From: a virus
Taxonomy: Duplodnaviria > Caudoviricetes
Direction: 5' to 3' (one strand)
DNA length: 34,776 nt
IMG/VR virus record: IMGVR_UViG_3300012952_000057
Coordinates: 1-34,776 of that record
Shown: positions 16,939 to 26,406 of the stretch, piece by piece
Layout of the letters: every line of letters starts with the position of its first letter
Position numbering within the stretch: the stretch's first letter is position 1
The notes under the pieces: generated by a model
Told to the model about the DNA's origin: nothing
Seen by the model: the letters and a program-made list of their open reading frames with translations, nothing else
Database searches by the model: none
Translations under genes and position numbers: made by a program

Positions 16939-17108
16939 TGGACCTACCTATCACCGATAAAGAACTTGCTACTATTGTTAGCGCACTGCGACTTGGTGGG
17001 GACACTTCTCTCTATCAAAAACTGAATAAGATTAAAGATATTCGTGATAAGAACCCTGGTGGTCCTTACAAAAAAATTGCCCGTGAAGAATTTGGATTTG
17101 TAATTTAA
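16938..17108 (+). CDS. Small hypothetical protein (56 aa)
   Basis: TAATG coupling with gp43 upstream and uvsX downstream. Confidence 0.75.
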   Translation: MDLPITDKELATIVSALRLGGDTSLYQKLNKIKDIRDKNPGGPYKKIAREEFGFVI

Positions 17109-18112
17109 TGGATTTTTTAAAAGAAATTGTAAAAGAGATCGGAGATGACTACACCAAACTCGCAAGAGACATCGACGACACTGAAAACTTTGTGGACACG
17201 GGTTCGTACATTTTTAACGGACTCGTTTCAGGTAGTATATTTGGTGGTGTATCTGGGAATAAGATTACTGCCATCGCTGGGGAGTCTTCTACTGGAAAAA
17301 CTTTTTTCTCGCTTGCAGTTGTCAAGAATTTCTTGGACGCTAATCCTGATGGTTATTGTCTATATTTTGACACTGAAGCCGCTGTTAACAAGGGTCTTAT
17401 CGCAAGTCGGGGTATTGATCTAGAACGATTGGTTGTTGTAAATGTTGTTACAATTGAAGAGTTTAGAACCAAAGCCTTGAAGGCAGTCGATATATACCTT
17501 AAGAAACCAGAAGACGAACGCAGACCTTGCATGTTTGTGCTAGACTCTCTGGGTATGCTTTCCACAGAGAAAGAAATTCGTGACGCACTAGATGATAAAC
17601 AAGTTAGGGACATGACCAAATCCCAACTTGTCAAAGGTGCGTTCCGTATGCTCACTCTCAAGTTGGGTCAGGCAAACATCCCACTAATCGTTACCAACCA
17701 CACCTACGATGTCATCGGATCATACGTTCCCACCAAAGAAATGGGCGGAGGCAGCGGTCTCAAATATGCTGCGTCTACGATCATTTATCTCAGCAAAAAG
17801 AAAGAAAAGGATGGAACAGAAGTCGTTGGCAATCTTATTAAAGCTAAGACAGCAAAGTCGCGTTTAAGTAAGGAGAACAAAGATGTTACAGTGCGTCTTT
17901 ATTACGATGAGCGTGGTCTTGATCGATATTATGGTCTTCTTGAATTGGGAGAGATTGGTGGTCTCTGGAAAAATGTGGCAGGTCGTTATGAGATAGACGG
18001 CAAGAAAGTCTATGCCAAAGCAATTCTTAAAGATCCAGAAACATACTTCACATCTGAGGTGATGGAGAAACTGGATGAGATTGCCAAGGAGCAGTTTAGC
18101 TACGGTTCATGA
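17108..18112 (+). CDS. uvsX: RecA-like recombinase UvsX
   Basis: Walker A GESSTGKT, YFDTE, VLDSLG, VTNHTY, MGGGSG. Confidence 0.95.
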   Translation: MDFLKEIVKEIGDDYTKLARDIDDTENFVDTGSYIFNGLVSGSIFGGVSGNKITAIAGESSTGKTFFSLAVVKNFLDANPDGYCLYFDTEAAVNKGLIASRGIDLERLVVVNVVTIEEFRTKALKAVDIYLKKPEDERRPCMFVLDSLGMLSTEKEIRDALDDKQVRDMTKSQLVKGAFRMLTLKLGQANIPLIVTNHTYDVIGSYVPTKEMGGGSGLKYAASTIIYLSKKKEKDGTEVVGNLIKAKTAKSRLSKENKDVTVRLYYDERGLDRYYGLLELGEIGGLWKNVAGRYEIDGKKVYAKAILKDPETYFTSEVMEKLDEIAKEQFSYGS

Positions 18113-18651
18113 TTAAGGTTATCAAAACTGGAATCAACGTTAAGAAAGTAGTTGAACAACTGAAGAAATATCCTCAGGACTGGGACCATCAGAAGACTCT
18201 GAAGGATTCCCAGTCCTTAGTTGATAGAGGATTTGCAGACTTGCCAGTTAGCGCACTTCAACTTATAATAGGTGGGGTCAAACACAAAGACGACTTTGTG
18301 GGAGACTCTGAGATCAACATCAAAACCCCTGCCTACGCTCATCATAGTGAGATCAGAAAGATCATACGCAAGCACTTTAAGAAAGCAGACATTCATCGAT
18401 GCGGCTTTCTTTCACTCCCTGTAGATGAGATTGTAGGAGCACATATTGACGAAGGAACATACTACCTGAGCAGAAACAGGTATCACCTTTCCATACTTGG
18501 AAGGTATCAATATTTCTGCGGCAAAGAAACTGTCATCGTAGAACCAGGAACTCTTCTATGGTTTAACAACAAACTACCTCACGGAACCGTTAACATCGGT
18601 GACGAGACACGCATCACATTTGTATTCGATATCCCTCATGGACAAAGTTGA
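18109..18651 (+). CDS. 2OG-Fe(II) oxygenase, aspartyl/asparaginyl beta-hydroxylase-like
   Basis: HxD (AHID), RYHL, WFNNKLPHGTVN...RITFVFD facial-triad pattern. Confidence 0.8.
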   Translation: MIKVIKTGINVKKVVEQLKKYPQDWDHQKTLKDSQSLVDRGFADLPVSALQLIIGGVKHKDDFVGDSEINIKTPAYAHHSEIRKIIRKHFKKADIHRCGFLSLPVDEIVGAHIDEGTYYLSRNRYHLSILGRYQYFCGKETVIVEPGTLLWFNNKLPHGTVNIGDETRITFVFDIPHGQS

Positions 18652-20017
18652 AATCCTAATTCTAAGAAATCTGCTGTATAATGAGGAGTATCTTCGTAAG
18701 GTTGTTCCTTTCATTAAATCAGATTACTTTGAGGATCCTCATCAGAAAATTACTTTTGAAGAGATTGTCAAATTCGTAAGTGAATATAATCAACCTGCAA
18801 CCAAAGAAGTTCTTTGTATTGAAGTAGAGAAACGACAAGACATCAACGATACTTCTTTCCAAGAGATTACTAAGTTAATCAGTTATCTTGAGGATTCTGC
18901 TACCGATTATGAATGGTTGTGTGATACCACAGAGAAGTGGTGTCGTGATCGTGCTATCTATCTGGCACTGATGGAGTCCATCGCACTTGCTGATGGAAAG
19001 GATGACAAGAAGGATCGTGATGCGATCCCTAGTATTCTGTCAGAGGCTCTGGCAGTTTCTTTTGATGCTCATGTGGGACATGACTACCTGCTCGATTATG
19101 AAGAGAGATATGAATCATACCATCGCAAAGAAGACAAGATTCCATTTGATCTTGAGTATTTCAATAAGATTACGAAAGGTGGTCTTCCGAACAAAACGCT
19201 TAATATTGCTCTCGCTGGCACTGGTGTCGGCAAAAGTTTGTTTATGTGCCATGTCGCAGCTTCCGCACTCTTGGGAGGGAAAAACGTATTATACATCACG
19301 GCTGAAATGGCTGAAGAAAAAATTGCAGAGCGAATTGATGCTAACCTTCTCAATATACCTATCCAAGAGATAACTGAATTGCCTAAGGGAATGTTTGAGG
19401 AAAAGGTGACAAAACTGTCACAAAAAACTCAAGGGTCACTAATTATTAAGGAGTATCCAACTGCTTCTGCACATAGTGGACATTTTCGGGCACTTCTTAA
19501 TGAACTTGCACTTAAGAAGTCATTTAGACCTGATATTATTTTCGTTGATTACCTTAATATATGTGCTTCCGAAAGGTATCGCGCAGGCAGTAATGTCAAT
19601 TCATATACAGTTGTCAAGGCTATTGCTGAAGAACTTCGAGGACTTGCTTGCGAGGCGAACGTACCTATCGTTTCTGCCACCCAGACCACTCGTTCTGGTT
19701 ATGGTAGCAGTGATGTTGAGCTTACTGACACTAGTGAGTCCTTTGGTCTCCCTGCTACTGCTGATCTTATGTTTGCCCTTATTTCAACTGAAGATCTTGA
19801 AGGACTCGGGCAAATTATGGTGAAGCAGTTGAAGAATAGATATAATGATCCAACCATTTCTAAGAGGTTTGTGGTTGGTATCGACCGTGCCAAGATGCGT
19901 CTGTATGATTGTGAGCAGTCAGCACAGGAAGACATTATTGACAGCGGTAAAGAAGAAGAGTATAATTACGAGGAAGCAAAACCAAAGAAATCATTTGAGG
20001 GATTTAAGTTCTCATGA
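18638..20017 (+). CDS. gp41: Replicative helicase gp41 (DnaB-like)
   Basis: Walker A AGTGVGKS, IFVDYLNI, SATQTTR, SESFGLPATAD, KQLKNRY. Confidence 0.96.
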   Translation: MDKVEILILRNLLYNEEYLRKVVPFIKSDYFEDPHQKITFEEIVKFVSEYNQPATKEVLCIEVEKRQDINDTSFQEITKLISYLEDSATDYEWLCDTTEKWCRDRAIYLALMESIALADGKDDKKDRDAIPSILSEALAVSFDAHVGHDYLLDYEERYESYHRKEDKIPFDLEYFNKITKGGLPNKTLNIALAGTGVGKSLFMCHVAASALLGGKNVLYITAEMAEEKIAERIDANLLNIPIQEITELPKGMFEEKVTKLSQKTQGSLIIKEYPTASAHSGHFRALLNELALKKSFRPDIIFVDYLNICASERYRAGSNVNSYTVVKAIAEELRGLACEANVPIVSATQTTRSGYGSSDVELTDTSESFGLPATADLMFALISTEDLEGLGQIMVKQLKNRYNDPTISKRFVVGIDRAKMRLYDCEQSAQEDIIDSGKEEEYNYEEAKPKKSFEGFKFS

Positions 20018-20340
20018 ACGGTTACTACTCTGTCTTCGATCCAGACGGTAAAAAGATCGCTGACTGTGGTATCGAAAGAGATGCAGTCAATCTTATGCAT
20101 ACGAGAAACAAATATTGGGATGGACACTATTTCACGTTCAATCCTTTGCCTGGCGACATCATCGATGTTTCTAATAGAAGGCAACTTCCCACCCGTGACA
20201 TCGTAGTCAATATGGATGGTGGTGTTGGTGGTAGTTGGGAAGAAGTAGAGTATATTGAAGTTAGTGGTGAGAAACTACCGACTCAACAGAAACTCCCTCA
20301 AAATTGTCAAGAACCATTTATTCCAAATTTACATGACTAA
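20014..20340 (+). CDS. Hypothetical protein (108 aa)
   Basis: ATGA overlap with gp41; overlaps the mazG start. Confidence 0.7.
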   Translation: MNGYYSVFDPDGKKIADCGIERDAVNLMHTRNKYWDGHYFTFNPLPGDIIDVSNRRQLPTRDIVVNMDGGVGGSWEEVEYIEVSGEKLPTQQKLPQNCQEPFIPNLHD

Positions 20341-20743
20341 AGTTGATACTGAAAAATACGTTGAGTTTGTTAGAGGTGTAACTAGTGATCCCTCTTTGGA
20401 TTATGCTGCATTTCTTACTCGCACCAACTCTCTTGAACTTCAGGAAGATTGTAATGTGACACAACTTCTGACTGCAGCTCTTGGTCTTACCGCAGAGTCT
20501 GGTGAGTTTACTGAGGTTGTGAAGAAGATCATTTTCCAGGGTAAACCTTATAATGAAGAAAATGTCTTTCACATGAAACGTGAACTGGGAGATATCTGCT
20601 GGTATCTGGCACAGGCATGTATGGCACTTGACACAACCTTTGATGAAGTGCTAGAAATGAATGTGGATAAACTGAAAGCACGTTATCCTGGTGGTGAGTT
20701 TGATGTTCATCATTCTGAAAACCGTGTGGAGGGAGACCTGTGA
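20333..20743 (+). CDS. mazG: MazG-family nucleotide pyrophosphohydrolase
   Basis: LGLTAESGEFTEVVKK...ELGDICWY...NVDKLKARYP. Confidence 0.92.
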   Translation: MTKVDTEKYVEFVRGVTSDPSLDYAAFLTRTNSLELQEDCNVTQLLTAALGLTAESGEFTEVVKKIIFQGKPYNEENVFHMKRELGDICWYLAQACMALDTTFDEVLEMNVDKLKARYPGGEFDVHHSENRVEGDL

Positions 20744-20931
20744 GTTGCAACATCGATATTGATCTAAAAGTGAATATTCACGATGCAGCACTTGTTCGTG
20801 CATATTTGTTTCAGCACACCAAGCAAGATAGTTATGAATTTCCATCACAAAGAACAGTGAGTATTCGTAAATTCATTCAGCATCTGGATGAACAGATTGA
20901 AGCAAATCTTCCTGAAGATCACGATCACTGA
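20740..20931 (+). CDS. Small hypothetical protein (63 aa)
   Basis: GTGA overlap with the mazG stop; SD GGAG upstream. Confidence 0.65.
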   Translation: MSCNIDIDLKVNIHDAALVRAYLFQHTKQDSYEFPSQRTVSIRKFIQHLDEQIEANLPEDHDH

Positions 20932-20946
20932 CCCTTCGGGGTTCTC

Positions 20947-21019
20947 GGGGTTATAGCTCAGTTGGTAGAGCGCCTGCTTTGCAAGCAGGATGTCAGCGGT
21001 TCGAGTCCGCTTAACTCCA
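20947..21019 (+). tRNA. tRNA-Ala (TGC), no encoded CCA
   Basis: Full cloverleaf; acceptor GGGGTTA/TAACTCC with G3:U70; anticodon loop TTTGCAA; T-loop TTCGAGT. Confidence 0.97.
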
Positions 21020-21020
21020 T

Positions 21021-21028
21021 AATAAATA
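21021..21028 (+). promoter_or_regulatory. T4-type late promoter variant (AATAAATA)
   Basis: Immediately after tRNA-Ala, 19 nt before the ATG at 21048. Confidence 0.6.
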
Positions 21029-21047
21029 CTTAGAAAGTCTAAGTCAA

Positions 21048-22367
21048 ATGGCATTTGAACCATCAGAAGGATTATATGCTGGATTGTCGTTTGTTTCTAC
21101 TGCTGATTTACAATCATCTAGAAATGACGTTGGTAAATTTAAAGAGTTGTATTTTGTTGCTCTTGAGAACTTAAAGAGTGATAAAGTATTGGATGCTGCT
21201 GGTAATGCAACCAAAAATGGTATGATAAAGATTATTGATTTAGACACTTCGTCTAAAAAACCAGAGGATATTTACGGTGATCTCGCGGCTTCTATTTCTG
21301 CTGTGTTGGGGACGAGATCAAAACTTAGAAAAGATAAAGTCCCTTCAAAAGTATACTTGACCGGAAATAAATGGCATCCTGATGTTGAACCTTTCAAAGT
21401 AAAGGCATTTGGGATGGCAGATTATAATTCTTCAGACGTTATTTTAAAACTTAATGGTAATGATTTTGTTGGTATCTCGCTTAAGAAAAAACCAAAAGCG
21501 AACGCGCCTAGTCCAACATTAATCAATAATGCTTTCTCTGCATATATTAGTGGTCCAGAATTTAAAAAAGTTCGTGATAAAATTAATAATCATAGAATAA
21601 AATATTTTGCTGGAGTTATTAAAGAGGCATGTGGACCTGGAGGACCTTTAGAAAGATTTGCGGTAGCTGGAAATAAAGAGATTGGAAAGTTAAATCCTAG
21701 TAATATTCAGGACGCAAAAGTCTTATGGGACATGCGTGTTATTAGAAATAAAGGTGGTGGGAAGACTGAAAAAATTCCTTTGATTAATTTAAAAACAGAA
21801 TCTGATTTGCAAGATCCGAATGGGTTGATTAAAAAAAGTGGAGCGACACCATCACAGGAGAGTTTTAGAAAATTTGTCAATAAAAAATTGCAGAGTTCTC
21901 CCGGAAAAATAAATCCTCTTTTCAAAGGATTTCTCGATGCGATGAATGATCCTAAAGTAAAGGATAGTCTTGCGGATGTTTTATTGACAAGAACATTAAA
22001 ACTTAATTTGTTAGATGTGTTGGAGACTTGGGACAAATACGAGTTCGGATTTTATTTGACTGAAGGTGTGGGTACAGTTAGTAAAGATCTTTCACCTAAT
22101 ATCGGAAGTGCAAATGTTTTGGAAATAAACAGTATAATGATTGCCATGGCTAAGTTATCAAAACAAGAGACCAAGTTAGTTTTTGATAGTGATAAAACAG
22201 TGCAAAAGAATGCTGCAAAAGTTTTCTTTACCTTATTAAAAGGTGATACTCCTATCCTTGAAATCGAACTTAGATATAAGGGTGATTTTTCTGCTTTCCC
22301 ACAGTTTTTTGCGGGTATAACTCCAGAGTTCAAAAAGATGATTAAAGAAGGTGCTACTGGAATTTAA
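21048..22367 (+). CDS. Hypothetical protein (439 aa), possible PD-(D/E)XK-like nuclease
   Basis: SSDVIL-x7-VGISLKK resembles the D...(E/S)xK catalytic core; Lys-rich. Confidence 0.55.
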   Translation: MAFEPSEGLYAGLSFVSTADLQSSRNDVGKFKELYFVALENLKSDKVLDAAGNATKNGMIKIIDLDTSSKKPEDIYGDLAASISAVLGTRSKLRKDKVPSKVYLTGNKWHPDVEPFKVKAFGMADYNSSDVILKLNGNDFVGISLKKKPKANAPSPTLINNAFSAYISGPEFKKVRDKINNHRIKYFAGVIKEACGPGGPLERFAVAGNKEIGKLNPSNIQDAKVLWDMRVIRNKGGGKTEKIPLINLKTESDLQDPNGLIKKSGATPSQESFRKFVNKKLQSSPGKINPLFKGFLDAMNDPKVKDSLADVLLTRTLKLNLLDVLETWDKYEFGFYLTEGVGTVSKDLSPNIGSANVLEINSIMIAMAKLSKQETKLVFDSDKTVQKNAAKVFFTLLKGDTPILEIELRYKGDFSAFPQFFAGITPEFKKMIKEGATGI

Positions 22368-22370
22368 AAC

Positions 22371-22378
22371 ACTAAATA
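22371..22378 (+). promoter_or_regulatory. T4-type late promoter variant (ACTAAATA)
   Basis: In the short intergenic region before ORF 22402. Confidence 0.6.
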
Positions 22379-22401
22379 ATGTATAAGGATTATCAATATA
22401 A

Positions 22402-23628
22402 ATGAAAAGTTTCTTTCAGTTTCTGAATGAGGCTCAGTCGCAAGCAAGTATGCAAGCGAGAAAACTGAACCTCGTAAGTGATGGTCACGGTGGTTGGTTA
22501 GACTCCCGTGGAAAATTTGTTGCGACTACTGAAGATGGTAAGTTAAAGTTTGTTGATAAGAAGAAAGCAAAAGCAGAGGATGACAAACCTGCACAACAAA
22601 AAACAGCAAAAGCAGAACCCAAGGCAGATTCTAAAAAGGATGCACCTGAAGCGACTGGTTCAAAGAAAGCAGAGGCAGGTGCAGGTGGAGAAGGTTCTGG
22701 AGAGACTACGGAAACTCTGACCGTTGCATTTGGTCGTTTCAATCCTCCAACCGTAGGTCACGGTAAACTACTTGCTGCAGCCAGAAAGGCAGCACAGGGT
22801 GAAGACATGAAGATCTATCCTTCACGTTCACAAGATCCTAAGAAGAATCCACTGGATCCTGACATGAAGGTTGGATTCATGAAGAAGATGTTCCCTGATT
22901 ATGCAGATAATATTGTTAATGATGCAGAGATGAAGTCCATCTTCAACGTTCTCACTACAGCAGATGAGGGTGGATATAAAAACGTAAACATCATCGTGGG
23001 TTCAGATCGTCAGGCAGAGTTTGAGAACCTGGCAACCAAGTATAATGGCGATCTCTATAATTTTGATAACATCCGCGTCATCTCTGCTGGTGTAAGAGAT
23101 GCAGATGCAGAGGGTGTAGAAGGAATGTCTGCATCCAAGATGAGAAAGGCAGTTATGGATGATGACTTCAAAGCATTCCGCAGTGGAACACCAAAAGAAT
23201 TGAATGACGGTGACACTCAAGCACTGTTTGATGCTGTTCGTTCTGGCATGAAGATTAAGGCTAAAAAGAAAGAAGTCACTGAAATGTGGGAGATTGCACC
23301 TAAGCATGATCCTAAAGGTCTAAGAGATAATTACGTTTCAGGTAGAATCTTTAACCTTGGTGATATTGTAGAGAGTTTAAATACTGGTTTGATTGGTACA
23401 ATTGTTCGTCGTGGAACCAATCATCTTATCTGTGTGACGCAAGAGAACTACATGTTCAAGTCCTGGATTCGTGATGTGATGGAGGCAGTGCAAAATTATC
23501 CAGGTCCATCTGGTGTTGCCTCTGACCAAAGACTTGTCGGAACAGACTCTTTCCGCAATTATGCGATGAGAATGACCGGCACGACTGGTATTAAAAATTT
23601 AATAAATAAGTATAAGATTAAAAAGTAA
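22402..23628 (+). CDS. HIGH-superfamily nucleotidyltransferase (cytidylyltransferase/NMNAT-like) with N-terminal capsid-targeting-like leader
   Basis: FGRFNPPTVGHGKL (HIGH-like), KNPL, IVGSDR, MSASKMR (KMSKS-like); N-terminus MKSFFQFLNEA. Confidence 0.85.
   Translation: MKSFFQFLNEAQSQASMQARKLNLVSDGHGGWLDSRGKFVATTEDGKLKFVDKKKAKAEDDKPAQQKTAKAEPKADSKKDAPEATGSKKAEAGAGGEGSGETTETLTVAFGRFNPPTVGHGKLLAAARKAAQGEDMKIYPSRSQDPKKNPLDPDMKVGFMKKMFPDYADNIVNDAEMKSIFNVLTTADEGGYKNVNIIVGSDRQAEFENLATKYNGDLYNFDNIRVISAGVRDADAEGVEGMSASKMRKAVMDDDFKAFRSGTPKELNDGDTQALFDAVRSGMKIKAKKKEVTEMWEIAPKHDPKGLRDNYVSGRIFNLGDIVESLNTGLIGTIVRRGTNHLICVTQENYMFKSWIRDVMEAVQNYPGPSGVASDQRLVGTDSFRNYAMRMTGTTGIKNLINKYKIKK
23601..23608 (+). 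promoter_or_regulatory. T4-type late promoter variant (AATAAATA)
   Basis: Within the 3' end of the nucleotidyltransferase gene, 32 nt before the ATG at 23641. Confidence 0.5.
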
Positions 23629-23640
23629 GATAGTATTACC

Positions 23641-25545
23641 ATGTCTAATGGAATCGGAGCTAACCCTTTGAATGCTATTTCAAAGGTGTACTTAGACCAA
23701 ATTGCTGAGAAAAAAGACGACACATATCTGGAACCAGATATGAAGAAGCGTCAAAAAAATAATGAAAAAGCCCGTAAAGATATGGAGAAGATGGGGACTT
23801 CTATGAAGAACCCTCACTTTGAAGAGAAGCAGCAAGGATGGGATGCTGTAAATTCCCTTGCTGGTGCATATAAGGAAGTTCATGAAACTGAGTTAGACGA
23901 AAACCGTCGTGCTGCCCGTGCTGCTGGTGGATATAAGGATGACTCCAAGAAGCAACCAGATCCTTCTAAGGCAGGTTTCACTGGCGTTGGTAACATGAGT
24001 ATCGATCAGATCCGTAAGATGTCTGCTCGTATGGATAAGGAAAAAACTAAGACTGAAGCACTTGATCCTGTTGGTAAGGAAGACGGTGATGTTAATAACG
24101 ATGGTAAAAAGGATAAGACTGATAAGTATTTGATGAACCGTCGTAAGGCAATTGGTAAGGCAATCAAGAGTAAGATGTCAGAAGGTGTTCGTGACATGGA
24201 TCCTGAAAAGGGAACTGCTGAACGCAAGGCACGTCTTGAGAAAAAGCGTGGCATGAAGATGGATGACCATCCTGAGTATAAGAAAGAAGAAGTTGAGGTT
24301 AGTGAAGCAAGAAAACCTGGTGAGTCTCCTAAGGAATATGCTGCCAGAATGACCAAAAAACATTCTGGTGGTAAGTCTAAGACTTATGATCCTATGAAGG
24401 ATCCAAACTTCGATCATGATAAAGCTGAAAGAACTCGTGGTTCTATGAAGGAAGCATATTCCTCCTGGAGACAAGACCTTTCCGAAATCATGACTGACGA
24501 CATCGATTCAAAACCGATTAAGGAAAAAAAAAATATAAAAAACACGATTAAGATCAATCCTAAACTTGGTGAATCTGTAGAGGAACTGGGTGGCGAAATC
24601 CTTGAGATGGTTGAGGTTGATCAGTTTGATGGTATCGTTGAAGAGGTATTCCAAGATCTCTTGAGTGAGGGATATGATGAGCAAAATGTGAGAGATGCTA
24701 TCGAAAGTGGTATCGAAGAGGCAAGAATTACCTATGGCCATGACACCAGCGGTGGTGCCGAAAGCATGAGAGACAAACTCAAAAAGAAAGCAAAAGGTTT
24801 CCTTGGTAAGGTTGCTGTCAAAGCATACAATAAAGCAAGAGAAGCAAAGGCAGCAGCAGCACCTGCAGTACAAAGAGCAAAGACATCAGCAAAACGTGGC
24901 ATCAGAAAGATGGCACTTAAGGTTGCTGACAAACTGAAGGAAGAGAATGTTGATGAAGCAGTCTATGGTGGAACTCCACCAGAGAAAAAAGACACTCGCA
25001 TGACTGTCACTAACGCTGATAAGAAGGCAAACACTCCTGCTTATCAGAAGTACAAGGCAGGTGACAAGCGTTACAAGGCTGCTGACCACATGAACGAAGG
25101 CGATGGTGATCCTTGCTGGGACACTCACAAGCAAGTCGGAATGAAGAAAAAGGGAAACCGTATGGTCCCTAACTGTGTTCCTAAGAATGAAGAGGTTGAG
25201 GTCTCTGAAGAGGGATCTATGTCTGCTCAAGAAATTGCTCTCCAGAAAAGAAAAGCAACCATCGATCAGATGATTGCTAGAAAGAGAAAGCAAAATCTTG
25301 ATAAGGGTCAGAGCGATCAACCCGCAAAGGCCATGGGTGAAGGTCTGAGTGTAGATGACCAGATGAGAATCTCTCGCGAGGCAAACGCAAAGAGAAAACC
25401 ATATCAACCTGGTGATCGTCAGAAGCAACGTGCTGCTCAGATTAGACAAATGGCGAAGAATGCACCCAAGGACACCAGAACAGATGCTCAGAAGATGACT
25501 GATGCAACTGGTCCTCGCCCTGGTTCCCGTTATAGAGGTGACTGA
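23641..25545 (+). CDS. Large charged modular protein (634 aa), putative internal head polyprotein
   Basis: Lys/Arg-rich segments separated by short acidic linkers ending in hydrophobic-x-E; no extended globular hydrophobic core. Confidence 0.75.
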   Translation: MSNGIGANPLNAISKVYLDQIAEKKDDTYLEPDMKKRQKNNEKARKDMEKMGTSMKNPHFEEKQQGWDAVNSLAGAYKEVHETELDENRRAARAAGGYKDDSKKQPDPSKAGFTGVGNMSIDQIRKMSARMDKEKTKTEALDPVGKEDGDVNNDGKKDKTDKYLMNRRKAIGKAIKSKMSEGVRDMDPEKGTAERKARLEKKRGMKMDDHPEYKKEEVEVSEARKPGESPKEYAARMTKKHSGGKSKTYDPMKDPNFDHDKAERTRGSMKEAYSSWRQDLSEIMTDDIDSKPIKEKKNIKNTIKINPKLGESVEELGGEILEMVEVDQFDGIVEEVFQDLLSEGYDEQNVRDAIESGIEEARITYGHDTSGGAESMRDKLKKKAKGFLGKVAVKAYNKAREAKAAAAPAVQRAKTSAKRGIRKMALKVADKLKEENVDEAVYGGTPPEKKDTRMTVTNADKKANTPAYQKYKAGDKRYKAADHMNEGDGDPCWDTHKQVGMKKKGNRMVPNCVPKNEEVEVSEEGSMSAQEIALQKRKATIDQMIARKRKQNLDKGQSDQPAKAMGEGLSVDDQMRISREANAKRKPYQPGDRQKQRAAQIRQMAKNAPKDTRTDAQKMTDATGPRPGSRYRGD

Positions 25546-26093
25546 TGCCTGCAGTATCTAAAAAGCAGCAACGATTCTTTGGAATAGTTCGTGCCATCCA
25601 AAAAGGTGAGATGGCACCGACTACTCCTGAGACTGCGAAGGCAGCTGCTGACATGAAGAAAAGTGATGTCAAAGACTTTGCATCAACCAAGCACAAAAAA
25701 CTTCCTGAAAAGAAAGTTGCAAAAGAAGCAGCAGATTTTTCTCAGAGAGATAAGATTATGAAGAAGGCAAAACCTCTTCATAAACATCTCTACAAAAACC
25801 TTCATAAGAAGGATACATCTGGTGATGTGAATGAGAAGTTGGATCGTAAAACTAAAAAGGATATGGATGACTTTTTTAGAAAGGCATTCAAAGCTCCTAT
25901 TCCACATGAATTAGAGGAAACAACTAAGTACGATAGGTACGATAAAGAGAAAAAGCAGTTTGCCAAAGCAGACCGTAAGATGAAGTTTGGTAAGTTTGTT
26001 GGTAAGGCAAAGGAGGCAAAAGATCGTCTTCGTCCTGGTGAAGTAAAACGTTACGACAAAAAGTTAGGTAGATATGTTTCTAACAAAGATTGA
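25545..26093 (+). CDS. Basic modular protein (182 aa) with DUF3008-like N-terminus
   Basis: [13 protein letters not shown]...DFASTKHKKLPEK, followed by modules after VAKE, VNE and LEE; TGATG coupling. Confidence 0.7.
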   Translation: MPAVSKKQQRFFGIVRAIQKGEMAPTTPETAKAAADMKKSDVKDFASTKHKKLPEKKVAKEAADFSQRDKIMKKAKPLHKHLYKNLHKKDTSGDVNEKLDRKTKKDMDDFFRKAFKAPIPHELEETTKYDRYDKEKKQFAKADRKMKFGKFVGKAKEAKDRLRPGEVKRYDKKLGRYVSNKD

Positions 26094-26125
26094 CGATATA
26101 TAGAATATAATATGCTGAGGTCATC

Positions 26126-26332
26126 ATGCTTGCATTTCTACTTCCACTAGCTACAAAAATCATCAAAGATGCAGTTGCAAAAATTCCAGAGAATGAGGAA
26201 TTGGGTGAGAAAATGGTTGAGATCTGTCTTGTTATTCTTGCTAAGGCAGTTAAGTTGACCAAAACCGATATGGATGATCAACTTTTAGAGGTTGTCACAA
26301 AGGCAATTAGGGCAAGAGAAGGAGCAGAATGA
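26126..26332 (+). CDS. Small hypothetical protein (68 aa)
   Basis: SD GAGG upstream; amphipathic helices. Confidence 0.75.
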   Translation: MLAFLLPLATKIIKDAVAKIPENEELGEKMVEICLVILAKAVKLTKTDMDDQLLEVVTKAIRAREGAE

Positions 26333-26337
26333 TACTT

Positions 26338-26367
26338 AGGAGACCGTATTACAAGGTCTCCTTTTTT
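26338..26367 (+). terminator. Rho-independent terminator
   Basis: AGGAGACC-N9-GGTCTCCT followed by TTTTT. Confidence 0.8.
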
Positions 26368-26374
26368 ATAAATA
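26367..26374 (+). promoter_or_regulatory. T4-type late promoter (TATAAATA)
   Basis: Exact consensus fused to the terminator T-tract, upstream of a structural-looking gene. Confidence 0.85.
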
Positions 26375-26406
26375 TCTTATAGCAAATAAATTTTCGGAAG
26401 AGAGAC

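Noticed and set aside
22402-23628. Nucleotidyltransferase as a CCA-adding enzyme for the CCA-less tRNAs
   Set aside because: Its motifs belong to the HIGH/Rossmann-like superfamily, whereas CCA-adding enzymes have the Pol-beta-type fold.
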